Shown here: positions 27,272-37,982 of the stretch, piece after piece
Position numbering within the stretch: position 1 is the stretch's first letter
Layout of the letters: the number at the start of each line of letters is the position of its first letter
Assembly (NCBI GenBank): GCA_017505465.1
Contig: JAFVPE010000020.1
Coordinates: 11,701 to 75,700 of the forward strand
DNA length: 64,000 nt
Direction: 5' to 3'
From: Clostridia bacterium
GTDB taxonomy: Bacteria > Bacillota > Clostridia > Christensenellales > Borkfalkiaceae
Made by a program: the position numbers and the translations under genes
The notes under the pieces: model-generated
What the model was told of the DNA's origin: nothing
The model's input: only the letters and a program-made list of their open reading frames with translations
Databases searched by the model: none

Positions 27272-27823
27272 TCATTCCTTGGAAATGCGGAAAAAGGTCA
27301 TGTACGCCTTGCCGTATTTCCGTTCGTCGTATTTTTCAAGCCCTACGATTTCCCCTTCAAAGGGTTTATCTCGCTCGTAAACGGCTACGCCGTTTTCCGT
27401 CAAAAGTTTCCTTTCCGCAAGCTTTTTAAGTGCCTTTTCGCCGTAATTCATTCGATAGGGCGGATCTATCAAGATAAGATCAAATTGCCCCCTTGCCGTG
27501 TCCAAGCAAGTGAGATAATCGGCTTGCATCACCTTCGCTTCTTCCCCGTTCACGGGAATTTTTAACGTGTTTAAATTCTTCTTGACGATGGCAAGACTCT
27601 CTTTGGAAAAGTCGTTGAAAACAACCTCTTTCGCGCCGCGTGAAAGAGCTTCCAAGCCAAGCGAGCCGCTCCCTGCAAACAGGTCCAAAACCCGTGCGCC
27701 GTAAAGCTTCAACGCAAGAATATTGAAGAGTGCTTCCTTTGCCCGATCGGACGTAGGACGGACGTCCTCGCCCGGAAATTCAGCCAACACTCTGCTTCTG
27801 TATTTACCGCCGATAATTCTCAT
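27272..27823 (-). CDS. rsmD: 16S rRNA (guanine966-N2)-methyltransferase RsmD
   Basis: MRIIGGKYRSR..RPTSDRAKEALFN..DLFAGSGSLG..DPPY. Confidence 0.9.
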   Translation of the reverse strand: MRIIGGKYRSRVLAEFPGEDVRPTSDRAKEALFNILALKLYGARVLDLFAGSGSLGLEALSRGAKEVVFNDFSKESLAIVKKNLNTLKIPVNGEEAKVMQADYLTCLDTARGQFDLILIDPPYRMNYGEKALKKLAERKLLTENGVAVYERDKPFEGEIVGLEKYDERKYGKAYMTFFRISKE

Positions 27824-27882
27824 AATCTATCCGTTTTGGGGCTTTTACGCCGTTTCAACGCATACCTGCCCCCATTATTTGC

Positions 27883-28611
27883 TTATTTGCGCTTTTTGGG
27901 CTTCGTGCCGGGAAGTCCGCCGTAGTTGATCTTCTTTTCCTTTTGCGTTGCCGCTTGCGCCGCTTTGTCCGCAATCTCTTGTTGACGAATCGTCTTTCTT
28001 CTGCGTGCGTATGCACCGATAATATAGAACACGCCCGAAACAACAACGGGAACAACTGCAAATACGCAGGTAATGAAATAGCTAATGCTCGTGCCCGTTT
28101 GATTCATTGCATAGAAAGGCATAACCGACCAACCGGAAAGAATAAAGCATACGAAGGTGCTAATCGTCATAGTCCCATCGATCTTTTCTTGTCTAAAGCC
28201 GAAAACAAGCCCGATAACAAGGGTAAGAATCGCCGTGAATGCGCCCATTACAAAGCCTTTCCATACGCGGTATTCCTTTGCTTCTTTATGCGAAGAAATC
28301 TTGTATTCGTTGCCGTACATATCGGTCGTTGCGCGCTTGATGTTACCCGAAACGAGCATTTCGTAATGCGAACCGCCGTGCGCATAGCAAATCAAGCCGT
28401 TGTACGCCGCCGCCGCTACCATACATACTGCAACCCAAACCTTATTCATGGTTGTCCAAGAAATAAAGTTATTTTCTTCCTTACCGCGAAGAATGAGCAT
28501 CATCATAATCGCGCCTGCACAGAGATACATGAAAATGCCGGGCAAAGAAGCCTTCGTCATTTCCCATACGTATCCCCCAAAGTATTTAAGTTTCTTTTTT
28601 ACGTTTGCCAT
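27883..28611 (-). CDS. Hypothetical polytopic membrane protein
   Basis: 242 aa with 5-6 predicted TM segments and a basic C-terminal tail. I did not recognise a family. Confidence 0.55.
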   Translation of the reverse strand: MANVKKKLKYFGGYVWEMTKASLPGIFMYLCAGAIMMMLILRGKEENNFISWTTMNKVWVAVCMVAAAAYNGLICYAHGGSHYEMLVSGNIKRATTDMYGNEYKISSHKEAKEYRVWKGFVMGAFTAILTLVIGLVFGFRQEKIDGTMTISTFVCFILSGWSVMPFYAMNQTGTSISYFITCVFAVVPVVVSGVFYIIGAYARRRKTIRQQEIADKAAQAATQKEKKINYGGLPGTKPKKRK

Positions 28612-28650
28612 AATTTTCTATCTCCAAAACGCATTTTTTCTTTTTCGTAA

Positions 28651-29271
28651 TTATTGTTTATCCGTGAAAAGGATTCGCTTGTCCGTCACGACAACTTCCA
28701 TTTTTTCGTCCTTTTCCGTATGCGGAACATATTTAAGTAGTTGAAAATCAAAACAATAAGCAATTCGTTTCGTTTTCGGGTGTTTTTGCAAATATCTATC
28801 GTAATATCCGCCGCCGTAGCCGAGCCGATTCCCCTGCTCGTCCACCGCCAAAAGGGGGACGATTGCAAAATCGATATCCCCGTCGAACGCTTCGCCAATC
28901 GGTTCGCGAATCCCCCTATCGGATAAGGAAAATTCGTCGTCGTGCAACACTGCGAGCATTTCCCCGTTTTCCACTTTGGGACTGTATACGACGTAGCCGA
29001 GCTCTTTCAAGCGTTCAATAAGCAAATCTGTGGGTGCTTCCGAAGAATACGAGCAGTAAACGAACACGCTTGAACGCATACCCGCCCCAAAGCTTTCCGC
29101 CTGCAACCGTTTTATAACCGCCAAGGTATTTTCCGTGAGCAGCAGCTCCTTTACGTCTCGGTTTTCATTCTCTCCGCGCCGTTCTTTGGCGTACTGCCGA
29201 AGGCGAGCCTTTTTCATTTCCACCGTTTCGCTTTCATTCTCTTCCACGAAACGCAAGTTAGTCGTTATCAT
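28651..29271 (-). CDS. 5-formyltetrahydrofolate cyclo-ligase
   Basis: VPLLAVDEQGNRLGYGGGYYDRYL motif. Start set at the ATG at 29271 (GGAG 7 nt upstream); the ATG at 29217 is an alternative. Confidence 0.8.
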   Translation of the reverse strand: MITTNLRFVEENESETVEMKKARLRQYAKERRGENENRDVKELLLTENTLAVIKRLQAESFGAGMRSSVFVYCSYSSEAPTDLLIERLKELGYVVYSPKVENGEMLAVLHDDEFSLSDRGIREPIGEAFDGDIDFAIVPLLAVDEQGNRLGYGGGYYDRYLQKHPKTKRIAYCFDFQLLKYVPHTEKDEKMEVVVTDKRILFTDKQ

Positions 29272-30307
29272 ATACAAACTCCGCGCGCCGCGTCGCCGCG
29301 CATAACACTTCGTAGGATATCGTTCCCGTTTGCCTTGCCACTTCGTCCGCATCCGTCATAACCGCCGTCCACGCCCCCCTACGCTTGCCGTTGTCTTTTA
29401 GGCAAACGTCCATACAAAGAGTGTTGACGTTTTCTTCTGCATGGAGCGTTCCGTTGTTCGCTTGCCGCAAAAAGCCGTCCGCATAACCGTATCGATTGAT
29501 AGATATTCGAGTGGGTTTTTGCAAGGCAGTCGGCGTTCCGTAGCCCATACCGCCAAAGGAATATTTTCGACTCGCCACAATCGGCGCATACACCGTCATT
29601 CCCTTTTCCAAATGCAAACGCTCGCCGAGCGCTTCCGCTCCCGAGGGCAAATACCCGTACAAACCGATGCCCACTCTCGTCATATCAAAGGAAAACTTTT
29701 CGCCGAGCAAGCTGCCGTACGTGGCGCTCAAATGACAAAGCACTTTGGGGTAATACCGTTTACAAACGGCAATTGCTTGCACGAACATTCCCCTTTGTTT
29801 TCGGGAAGTTTCGACGTCGCAGGCATAAAGGTGCGAATAGATACCTTCCACCGTGATAAACGGATTTTCAAACAAGAATTTGCATACCTTGCCAAGCTCG
29901 GAAACGTTCATACCGTAACGGTTCATTCCCGTATTGATTTTTAAATGTACTTTAAGCGGTAGGCGATATTTCTCGCACGTACGGAAAAGCAGCTTCGCCG
30001 TCCAAAGATCGCCCACGCTTGCAGTCAAGCCGTTGACCGCCAACGCATAGCTTTCTTCTTCGTCGATCGGGGGCGTGAATACGAGAATACTCTCTCCGCA
30101 AACCGCTCTTAATGCAATCCCTTCTTCAAGGATTGCCACCGCAAAGCAATCCGCCACACCGTGTAACGCACTAGCCACTTCTTCCGCTCCGTGTCCGTAG
30201 GCGTTTGCCTTCACCACCGCACACAGCCGCTTTTTCGTCAACGCCGAAAACTTTTCCGCGTTGCGACGTATATTCCCAAGATGAATTTTCGCCTTAATTT
30301 TCTGCAC
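29258..30307 (-). CDS. alr: Alanine racemase
   Basis: PLP-lysine motif AVVKANAYGHGA. TIM barrel followed by a beta domain. Confidence 0.9.
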   Translation of the reverse strand: MQKIKAKIHLGNIRRNAEKFSALTKKRLCAVVKANAYGHGAEEVASALHGVADCFAVAILEEGIALRAVCGESILVFTPPIDEEESYALAVNGLTASVGDLWTAKLLFRTCEKYRLPLKVHLKINTGMNRYGMNVSELGKVCKFLFENPFITVEGIYSHLYACDVETSRKQRGMFVQAIAVCKRYYPKVLCHLSATYGSLLGEKFSFDMTRVGIGLYGYLPSGAEALGERLHLEKGMTVYAPIVASRKYSFGGMGYGTPTALQKPTRISINRYGYADGFLRQANNGTLHAEENVNTLCMDVCLKDNGKRRGAWTAVMTDADEVARQTGTISYEVLCAATRRAEFVYDND

Positions 30308-30363
30308 TCTTTATTGTATGTTATACAACCGATTTTCGTGCCCGAAGGCGAAGCCCACACCGT

Positions 30364-31065
30364 TTAGTTGCCGAAGATAAGACGGTGACAGTTGTCGCAC
30401 TCAATCGAAACGCCGCCCGTCAATTTACTCCTTGCCGCAAGGGGCGGTTCCATACTGCAGAACGGACATCGTCCGCCAACCAATTCTCCCACGACGGGGA
30501 AAATTCTCTCCTTTCTCTTCGTTTGATAGGTTTCCATCATCTCGGCGGAAATCTCTTTCGCAAGCTTGGAAAGCTCCGCTTCGATTGCCTTGCGTTCGCC
30601 GTCGCGGCTCGATTTTACCGCTTTGTACTTTTCGGAAGCTTCCGCATATTGCTTTTGCGCCGCGATAACCTGTTTTTTCAACTTTTGGTATTCCGCGTCC
30701 ACCGCCTTGATGTTTGCCGTCAAAGCGTTGAGATCCGCTTTCAACTTTTTAAGCTGTTCCACGATAGACTGCGCCTTCTTCTTGTAGAAAGCGATATCCG
30801 CGCCGCCCGTAACCAACTCGTCCAAATGCTCGAATTCACCAAGCGTTTCTTCCGTGTGTTGATACTTGCGTGCAAGCTCTGCCGCTTCCGCTTTGAGCGA
30901 AGTCGCCTTCACTTCTACGGAGTCGAGCTTCTCGGGTGCGGTTTCAAGAAATTTCTTATACTTAACGTATTCCTTTCTCTCTTCGCAACTTGCAAGCTCT
31001 CTTTCCATTTTGTAGAGCTTCTTGTCTGCTTCTTGGTAAGCCAAAATTGCCTGTAATTGTGACAT
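30364..31065 (-). CDS. Coiled-coil zinc-ribbon protein (COG1579/DUF164-like)
   Basis: Long heptad coiled coil, then CPFC..CDNC. Usual partner of the upstream Nif3-family gene. Confidence 0.7.
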   Translation of the reverse strand: MSQLQAILAYQEADKKLYKMERELASCEERKEYVKYKKFLETAPEKLDSVEVKATSLKAEAAELARKYQHTEETLGEFEHLDELVTGGADIAFYKKKAQSIVEQLKKLKADLNALTANIKAVDAEYQKLKKQVIAAQKQYAEASEKYKAVKSSRDGERKAIEAELSKLAKEISAEMMETYQTKRKERIFPVVGELVGGRCPFCSMEPPLAARSKLTGGVSIECDNCHRLIFGN

Positions 31066-31080
31066 ATAATTCTCCTCCTA

Positions 31081-31893
31081 TCAAAGCAAGTGCTCATCCG
31101 TGTGATATACGCACGGAAGGTTGACCTGCCGACAGATTTTTTCGTAATATTTTTGAAAACCGTAGTTTTCGGACGCATAATGCGTCAAAATGATGACTGC
31201 GAGCCCTTCTTCCAACGCCCCCGAAATCAAATGGTGCTTGAAATCGGACGAAAGAATCGCGTCCGCCCCGCCTTTTTCATTGCGCAACGCAAAAGCAATT
31301 GCTCCTTCGTCTACGCCTGCGCCACAAAAGCTTGCCACGCGCTTAATTTCTCTATCTTGTGCGCCGTAGCAAAGAATTCTCTTTGTGGAAAACTCCTTTT
31401 CTATCCCCGACGTTAATGCTTGGAGCGAACAGGGCTTGATATCATACGCTTTGCCGTAGCCGCCGCCCGTAAGCGGATGCATAACGGATACGTTTATCCC
31501 TTTTTCCGCGCCCGACGCTTGGCATACGCCTTGCATTAAGCTGTCGTCAATGCCCCCTTCCACGCCGTCGAGATTGAGATGCATCGAAAGGACGGAAATA
31601 CCGTTTTTGATACACTCCACAAGCTTTTTGCCGAGCGGATTCCACTCGCAAATATTCGCAATTTTACCGTAAATGGCAGGGTGATGCGTGATAATCAAAT
31701 TCGCCCCAACGTCCTTTGCTTTTGCAATCGCCGCCGACGAAAGATCAAGGCTAAACAATACGCCCTTGACGTCTTCACCCGTATCTACAAGGATACCGCT
31801 GTTATCGTACGCGCCGTAAGCGCTACAATATTCGTCGCTCAAACGCTTCGGCGCAAGGGCATCCGCAATTTTATAAATTTCACTTAATTTCAC
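31081..31893 (-). CDS. Nif3-family dinuclear metal-centre protein (YqfO-like)
   Basis: NLIITHHP motif, an inserted PII-like domain, and conserved position after trmK. Confidence 0.85.
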   Translation of the reverse strand: MKLSEIYKIADALAPKRLSDEYCSAYGAYDNSGILVDTGEDVKGVLFSLDLSSAAIAKAKDVGANLIITHHPAIYGKIANICEWNPLGKKLVECIKNGISVLSMHLNLDGVEGGIDDSLMQGVCQASGAEKGINVSVMHPLTGGGYGKAYDIKPCSLQALTSGIEKEFSTKRILCYGAQDREIKRVASFCGAGVDEGAIAFALRNEKGGADAILSSDFKHHLISGALEEGLAVIILTHYASENYGFQKYYEKICRQVNLPCVYHTDEHLL

Positions 31894-32569
31894 CGTTCAA
31901 TACTCCTTGCAGTCTTGCTTTTTTTTCAACCAACTCCATACGGCTGCTCTCTTGCAAAGAAGGCTCCGCGAGATACTTATCGACGTTTGCAATCAATTTT
32001 TTAAGCCGCTCGCAAAACGCTTCGGGCATTTTTTTGAGATTTTCTCTGCCGAATTCATATTCCGCATCCGTATAAGGTTCGTCGCATACCTGCCCACGCC
32101 CCTCAACGCTTCCGCCGACAAGAACTTCGTAATACTTCACGTCCTTGAACGTGTAATCCCGTTCGATATAGCCACCGTTTTCAAGCACGTATCTGCGAAG
32201 CTTTTCCGCATCGTGCATCGGTTGAAAAACAAAACGCTTGGGCATAAAGCCGTGCTTTTTGTCCGAAAGAATAGACACGATTTCACAACCGCCCATTCCT
32301 GCGATAAGCACCTCGTCCACGTTAGAAGGTACTCCCTTAAAACCGTCGCCGAGCACCGATTCCGCTTTTCCGCCACGAATGTAAGGCGCAAGCAACGCTT
32401 CCGCCTTAGCAAGACTCCCCTTGCTAATGTCGGAAAGAATCGCCTTTTCGCACAAGCCGTTTTCAAGCATATACTCCGAGCAATAGCCGTGGTCGCAACC
32501 TACGTCCGCAAAGACTTTCGCGGGGGTAAGCAACGAACACAACGTATCAATTCGTTTTCCGTAACGCAT
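31880..32569 (-). CDS. trmK: tRNA (adenine22-N1)-methyltransferase
   Basis: FADVGCDHGY SAM-binding motif. Located downstream of rpoD, with TAATG coupling at 32567-32571. Confidence 0.85.
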   Translation of the reverse strand: MRYGKRIDTLCSLLTPAKVFADVGCDHGYCSEYMLENGLCEKAILSDISKGSLAKAEALLAPYIRGGKAESVLGDGFKGVPSNVDEVLIAGMGGCEIVSILSDKKHGFMPKRFVFQPMHDAEKLRRYVLENGGYIERDYTFKDVKYYEVLVGGSVEGRGQVCDEPYTDAEYEFGRENLKKMPEAFCERLKKLIANVDKYLAEPSLQESSRMELVEKKARLQGVLNGEIK

Positions 32570-33624
32570 TATTCAAGAAAATCTTTCAACTTCTTGCTGC
32601 GCGAAGGATGACGGAGCTTTCTCAAAGCCTTCGCCTCGATTTGACGGATACGTTCACGGGTAACGTTAAATTCCTTGCCCACTTCTTCAAGCGTTCTAGG
32701 CTTGCCGTCACGGATACCGTAACGAAGGAGCAATACCTTTTGTTCACGCGGGGTAAGGGTATCAAGCACGCCGAGAAGCTGCTCTTTGAGCATTGTAGAC
32801 GCCACGGAATCGCTAGGCGTCGCCGTCTTTTCATCTTCGATGAAATCGCCAAGATGGCTATCTTCTTCTTCGCCGATCGGCGTTTCCAAGGAAACGGGAT
32901 CTTGCGCAATCTTTTGAATTTCGCGCACGCGTTCTTCCGTTACGTCCAACTTTTCCGCAATTTCCGCAGGCGTGGGTTCACGGCCAAGCTCTTGCAACAA
33001 GACGCGTTGTACTCTCGTAAGCTTGTTGATGGTTTCTACCATATGCACGGGAATACGAATCGTTCTTGCTTGGTCGGCGATTGCACGAGTGATCGATTGA
33101 CGAATCCACCACGTTGCGTACGTAGAGAATTTGAAACCCTTTTGATAGTCGAATTTCTCTACCGCTTTCATAAGACCAAGGTTGCCCTCTTGAATAAGGT
33201 CAAGGAAGAGCATACCGCGCCCAACGTAACGTTTTGCAATGGAAACAACAAGACGAAGGTTTGCCTCGGAAAGACGTCTTCTTGCCGCTTCGTCGTTTTC
33301 CTGCATGCGTCTTGCGAGCTCTACTTCCTCTTCTGCAGAAAGCAACGGCACGCGCCCGATGTCCTTCAAATACATCTTGACGGGATCGTCCAAGCCAATG
33401 TCGGAAAGAGCCTGCTCGGTAAGCTCACGCTCCCTTTGCTCTTCGTCGATGATTTGAATGTCCGCCTCGCCGAGCGCCCTGTAAAGGTACTCCATTTGCT
33501 GTACGTCTAAATCAAACTTTTCGATTTTATCGAAAAGCTCATTAGTCGTAACGCTACCCTTTTTCCCATATTTTTCAATGAGGCTTGCGCAAAGTTCGTT
33601 GATTTTTTGTTCGGATATATTCAC
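32569..33624 (-). CDS. rpoD: RNA polymerase primary sigma factor
   Basis: Regions 1.2-4 are present ([53 protein letters not shown]). Confidence 0.95.
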   Translation of the reverse strand: MNISEQKINELCASLIEKYGKKGSVTTNELFDKIEKFDLDVQQMEYLYRALGEADIQIIDEEQRERELTEQALSDIGLDDPVKMYLKDIGRVPLLSAEEEVELARRMQENDEAARRRLSEANLRLVVSIAKRYVGRGMLFLDLIQEGNLGLMKAVEKFDYQKGFKFSTYATWWIRQSITRAIADQARTIRIPVHMVETINKLTRVQRVLLQELGREPTPAEIAEKLDVTEERVREIQKIAQDPVSLETPIGEEEDSHLGDFIEDEKTATPSDSVASTMLKEQLLGVLDTLTPREQKVLLLRYGIRDGKPRTLEEVGKEFNVTRERIRQIEAKALRKLRHPSRSKKLKDFLE

Positions 33625-33657
33625 CTTTTTATCCTCCGTTTATACCTAAAAAGTTTA

Positions 33658-35463
33658 TTATTTGATTTGATTTTTTTCTTTAATGAGTTCGCTCAATCGT
33701 TTCGTGAGCCGCCGCCGTTCTTCCAAATCGCTCGTTTGCGTACACAGTGCGTTGCATTGGGCGATTTCCGCTTCCAAGCGCTCCTTGCGGAGTTCCTTTA
33801 CGCTATCGTTGAAGAACCTTTCCGCAACCTCGTCCGTTAGCTTGTCCTCGTAGTTGAAATCGAGAATGGCGTTGAGCTCCGCACAGTCTTCGTCCAATAC
33901 TTCGAACAGTTCGCTCGGTCGCGCCCTTTCGCCTACCGACTCTTTTTCTATGACGTAGTTGGCGATGAGCCGTTGAATCTCGTCCGTAAAAAGTATCTTT
34001 TGCAAATCGAAATCCCTTGCATACGACGCAGAGAAAAGTTTTGCCGCCAAGATAAAGCGTTTGGCTTTCACGTGTTTGTCCGTACCTGCGGACGTCTCGG
34101 CTATCTTTTGCTTTGGAATCGACGTGATTTGCACGTCCTCGCTCTTGGTCTTTGAAACCGCCTGCAAGTCTTTTTCCAAAGCGTGGTAGGTAACCCCTAG
34201 CTTATCTCGCAATTTCCGCAATAAATCTTCCTTGACGCTTTCCGTCTCGGCGGTTGCAATGACCTTCAACGCCTCCACCAAGAATGCTCGCTTATCTTCC
34301 GCTTTGGATATGTCAAACTTACGCTCCAACGCATGAATTTTATAATCGATGAGCGGCATCGCCGCATCCAAGCATTTTTGATATGCGTCGTGTCCTTGCT
34401 TTGCCACGTCGTCGGGATCAAGCCCGTCGGGCATCGGCACGACTTTCACCTTCAAGTCCACGTCGGCGAGTATTTCCAACCCACGAAGATCGGCTTTTTG
34501 CCCGGCGAAGTCCCCGTCGTAACTAATCAATACGTTTTCGGTGTACCGTTTGACGAGCCTTGCTTGCTCTTTCGTGAGCGAAGTCCCCATCGAAGCCACA
34601 ACGTTTTTGAAACCTGCTTGATAAAGGGAAATGGTGTCCATATACCCTTCAACGATAATGACGTTGGTAATCGGTTGCTCCCGTTTTAGCTTCTTCAAAA
34701 GATTGATGTTGTACAGCGTTTTACTCTTATTGAAAAGCAGCGTTTCCTTTGTGTTTTTATACTTTGCAAAATCGCTCTTTTCAAGGAGTCTGCCTCCGAA
34801 GGCAATAACTTCGTCGAAGGCGCTGATGATAGGGAAGATCAAACGGCCACCCTGCGAGTCGGACAACCGTCCGTTTTTGCCTTCCTGCAGCACGCCGCTG
34901 TCGATTAAGTCTTGCCTAAAATACCCTTTCCCTGCAAGATAATCGGGCAATCCGTAAAAATCAAGCGATGCGCCAAGTCCAAACCGCTTGACCGTCGAAG
35001 GAGCAAGCCCACGTCTTGCAATATATTCCAAATGCGCTTGCGCTCTCTTGTCACCACTATAAAGGTTGGATAAATAGAACCTAGCGGAATCAAGCATTAT
35101 CTTCGCATGTGCGTCACGCTTTTTCTTCATTTCGAGCGCTCGCTCGCTATCGAAGTTCCCTTCGGGAACGGTCATTTTCGCACGAGCCGCAAGAATACGC
35201 ACCGCACCGATAAAGTCCGTACTTTCAATCTCTTGCACGAACTTCACCACGTCTCCCGAAACGCCGCAGCCGAAGCAATGATAAAATTGATCCCCTTCGC
35301 TTACGGAAAACGAAGGCGTTTTTTCATGGTGGAAAGGACAGCACGCCCAATGGTTTCCGCCCTTTCTATCGAGCGGAACGTAGCTTCTTATAACTTCAAC
35401 AATGTCGTTTTTCTGTTTGAGCGCACGTAAAAACTCACCGTCGATACCTTTACCGCTTGCCAT
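33658..35463 (-). CDS. dnaG: DNA primase
   Basis: Zinc finger CPFHHEKTPSF..CFGC and TOPRIM (VIIVEGYMD). Perfect AGGAGGTGA SD. Confidence 0.95.
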   Translation of the reverse strand: MASGKGIDGEFLRALKQKNDIVEVIRSYVPLDRKGGNHWACCPFHHEKTPSFSVSEGDQFYHCFGCGVSGDVVKFVQEIESTDFIGAVRILAARAKMTVPEGNFDSERALEMKKKRDAHAKIMLDSARFYLSNLYSGDKRAQAHLEYIARRGLAPSTVKRFGLGASLDFYGLPDYLAGKGYFRQDLIDSGVLQEGKNGRLSDSQGGRLIFPIISAFDEVIAFGGRLLEKSDFAKYKNTKETLLFNKSKTLYNINLLKKLKREQPITNVIIVEGYMDTISLYQAGFKNVVASMGTSLTKEQARLVKRYTENVLISYDGDFAGQKADLRGLEILADVDLKVKVVPMPDGLDPDDVAKQGHDAYQKCLDAAMPLIDYKIHALERKFDISKAEDKRAFLVEALKVIATAETESVKEDLLRKLRDKLGVTYHALEKDLQAVSKTKSEDVQITSIPKQKIAETSAGTDKHVKAKRFILAAKLFSASYARDFDLQKILFTDEIQRLIANYVIEKESVGERARPSELFEVLDEDCAELNAILDFNYEDKLTDEVAERFFNDSVKELRKERLEAEIAQCNALCTQTSDLEERRRLTKRLSELIKEKNQIK

Positions 35464-35739
35464 AAAATCACCTCCTTCGTAGAATACAGTTTTTCTTTAT
35501 ATATTTATACCCGCTTTTTGGCAAAAATATATTATTATATATAATATATTCGACAAAAATTCGTGATTTCCTTTTTTTTATAGAAAATTTTTTCGATTTT
35601 TTTGAAATTTTCTTCAAAAATACATAAAATTATGGGAAAACGCCCCCTGCTGACCGCAGAGGACGTTCCCGAACTCTCTTTCGCGCTATTTACAAAACGC
35701 TTCTTTTATGTTTTCTTGCGTTAGGACGCAAACCTATAA

Positions 35740-36645
35740 TCACAGTACTTCCCCCAAATTCTCTTTCATATCGCAAGTGTAAGTAAGGGGGATTCCGTAC
35801 ACCTCTTCATATTTTTCCTTGCAGAGCGCATATGCTTCGTCTTTCATCTTCTCCGCGCCGAGCTTTTCTCCAAGCGCCGTTTCGGGATAAATCGGCTGCA
35901 TAATATGCAAGGTCATACGCTGTATAGGATACCCGTCGCCGTCCAACCGCGTATCGTCCGTCATTGTGATGAACGTCGGCAGAACGGGAACGTTTGCCCG
36001 ATACGCCATTTTGAATCCGCCCACCTTGAAAGGTCGAGGCTTTCTGTAATTCCACCACATACCTTGCTCGGGATAAATCAAGATACATTCCCCGTTTTTC
36101 AGCAGCGTATTCGTCGCGGACATGAAATTCATCATCGTGCGACGGTTTCTCGACAATGGCAGCGTGTTGCAATGGCGGAACAAATAGCCGTACAAACCAG
36201 GGAAATTCGTGTAATTTCCCTCACGAATGACCTTGTAAAGATACTTCTTGGGCAAGTGCTTTCGAATGCCGTGAAATACCACGTAATTATCAAAGGGCGA
36301 GAAGTGATTGCAGGTAATGATTGCCCCGTTTTTTAGCGCGGAAAGATGTTCCGTACCCGTCACGCCGTCGATAATCAACGTCTGTTTTTTCATCAATCGC
36401 AAAAAATATCTATCTCCGATTGCATTTGCAATCGTCCTACCAATCTTACTCGACAGTTTTTTACAAAGATAATCCACTTGATCGGGCTTTAATTCGGGGG
36501 CTTTGGGATCATTTTCCACGTCCTCGTCAAAACGTCCTGCACACTCGTATTCACGAATCCTTTTTAGCACTTCTTGGCGTCCGTCCGAAAGCTTCATCGC
36601 GGACACGGTACCCTCGTTTTCCAATTCAAGCGCGACGTTTTCCAT
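35740..36645 (-). CDS. PlsC-family lysophospholipid acyltransferase
   Basis: H-x4-D motif (CNHFSPFD) and the IYPEQG block. Start set at the ATG at 36645; the ORF-track start is a GTG at 36693. Overlaps the upstream gene by 20 nt. Confidence 0.75.
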   Translation of the reverse strand: MENVALELENEGTVSAMKLSDGRQEVLKRIREYECAGRFDEDVENDPKAPELKPDQVDYLCKKLSSKIGRTIANAIGDRYFLRLMKKQTLIIDGVTGTEHLSALKNGAIITCNHFSPFDNYVVFHGIRKHLPKKYLYKVIREGNYTNFPGLYGYLFRHCNTLPLSRNRRTMMNFMSATNTLLKNGECILIYPEQGMWWNYRKPRPFKVGGFKMAYRANVPVLPTFITMTDDTRLDGDGYPIQRMTLHIMQPIYPETALGEKLGAEKMKDEAYALCKEKYEEVYGIPLTYTCDMKENLGEVL

Positions 36646-37702
36646 ACCGTTTCCCAAACTTTTTATAATATCCGTCCGCGCGGTCAATCTCACTTTGCGC
36701 CAAGGCTTTCAGCCGTGCTTCCCCTTCTTGATCCCGCTGCATTGCCTTTTCGTCATAGCTATCGAGCATCGATTTAATCATACCGTAAAATGGGGTGCGT
36801 TCCGCATACTCCCAAAAATATTCTTGATAGGGAATATCCTTGTAATGCCAAGGCTTCCACGTCATAATATAATGCACGATGCGCAAGTCCTCTCTCGGCA
36901 AAACATCAGGCGCAACGGGTGTTTTATTCCATGCGCGCGGCAAACGTAAAACACGGTCTTGGCAAAGCACGTTAAGATAGTCCTCGTCTTGAATTACGCT
37001 AAATTTATACTTTTTCAAAAGGTCGGCAAACTGCTCGTAGAAACCTTCCTCGCGAAAGCTCTTTAGATTCATCAAAATCACGCCTGCATTGAAGAAATAA
37101 TCGGGATCGAGTCCGTCTACTTCTTTCACGTAACGCTTGTAAACGTCAAAGCTATTCACCCCTTCGCACGGAGCGCCTGCAAGCAAATGATCACCCAAGT
37201 CATAATTATACAGTTCGCTAATATCCCCAAGCACCACCGTATCGCAATCGAGATACAACGCCTTGTCGTACTGCGGGAACATACCTGCGATAAATATGCG
37301 AAAATATGTCGTACAGGTATAATAATCACGGATATGCAAGTGCGCGGAAAGCGATTTTAGCTTGTCCGTCACGTCCACGAACGATATGGAAAATCCCTCG
37401 CGGTTATAGCGTAATATTTTTTCCACGTTCGCCTCACTCACGCCCGAGTGAAGCACATACGCGACGTAATCGTATTCGCGCGAAGAATTTTCGATGAGCG
37501 ATTCTAACGCGATTGCAAGAAAGGGCAAATAATTGTCGTCCGTTGCAAAGAACAACGGCACAATTCCCTTTTTATTTTTTGTCTTTATGCTTTGATTTTC
37601 TTTGGCTTTTGAATGTCCTCTATCGGCTTTGAGCGGCGTGCGAAGAACTTCATTCGCCTCATTCCAGCCTCTTCTTCCAAATCTCATTTCTTTCTCTTTC
37701 AT
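36626..37702 (-). CDS. Glycosyltransferase family 8
   Basis: FFATDDNYLPF and LYLDCDTVVLGD (DxD) motifs. Start set at the ATG at 37702 (AGAGG 10 nt upstream); the ATG at 37765 has no SD. Confidence 0.8.
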   Translation of the reverse strand: MKEKEMRFGRRGWNEANEVLRTPLKADRGHSKAKENQSIKTKNKKGIVPLFFATDDNYLPFLAIALESLIENSSREYDYVAYVLHSGVSEANVEKILRYNREGFSISFVDVTDKLKSLSAHLHIRDYYTCTTYFRIFIAGMFPQYDKALYLDCDTVVLGDISELYNYDLGDHLLAGAPCEGVNSFDVYKRYVKEVDGLDPDYFFNAGVILMNLKSFREEGFYEQFADLLKKYKFSVIQDEDYLNVLCQDRVLRLPRAWNKTPVAPDVLPREDLRIVHYIMTWKPWHYKDIPYQEYFWEYAERTPFYGMIKSMLDSYDEKAMQRDQEGEARLKALAQSEIDRADGYYKKFGKRYGKRRA

Positions 37703-37953
37703 TGAATAATAACCTCTTTGAAGTTTGGAGCGTTCCAATATTCCGTTTTCTGTCGACGGTTTCATTTTATATCATTTTTTGCCAATACACAACCTATTCA
37801 TTCCTTAAACGGCTCTACTCAAAAAAAGAGGATTCTATTCCTCCCCTTTTTACTGTCTACCTACGATAGAAAAAACGCTCTACCCACAGTAGATACGCAT
37901 TTTTGTCAGGAAATTAAAGGGATTCACGCAATCTATTCTTCATAAAAAGAAAG

Positions 37954-37982
37954 GCGGAGCATTTCCCTTCGAAATACTCCGC
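37954..37982. terminator. Bidirectional intrinsic terminator
   Basis: GCGGAGCATTTC-CCTTC-GAAATACTCCGC (one mismatch), flanked by an A-rich tract and TTATTGTTTTTT. Confidence 0.55.
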
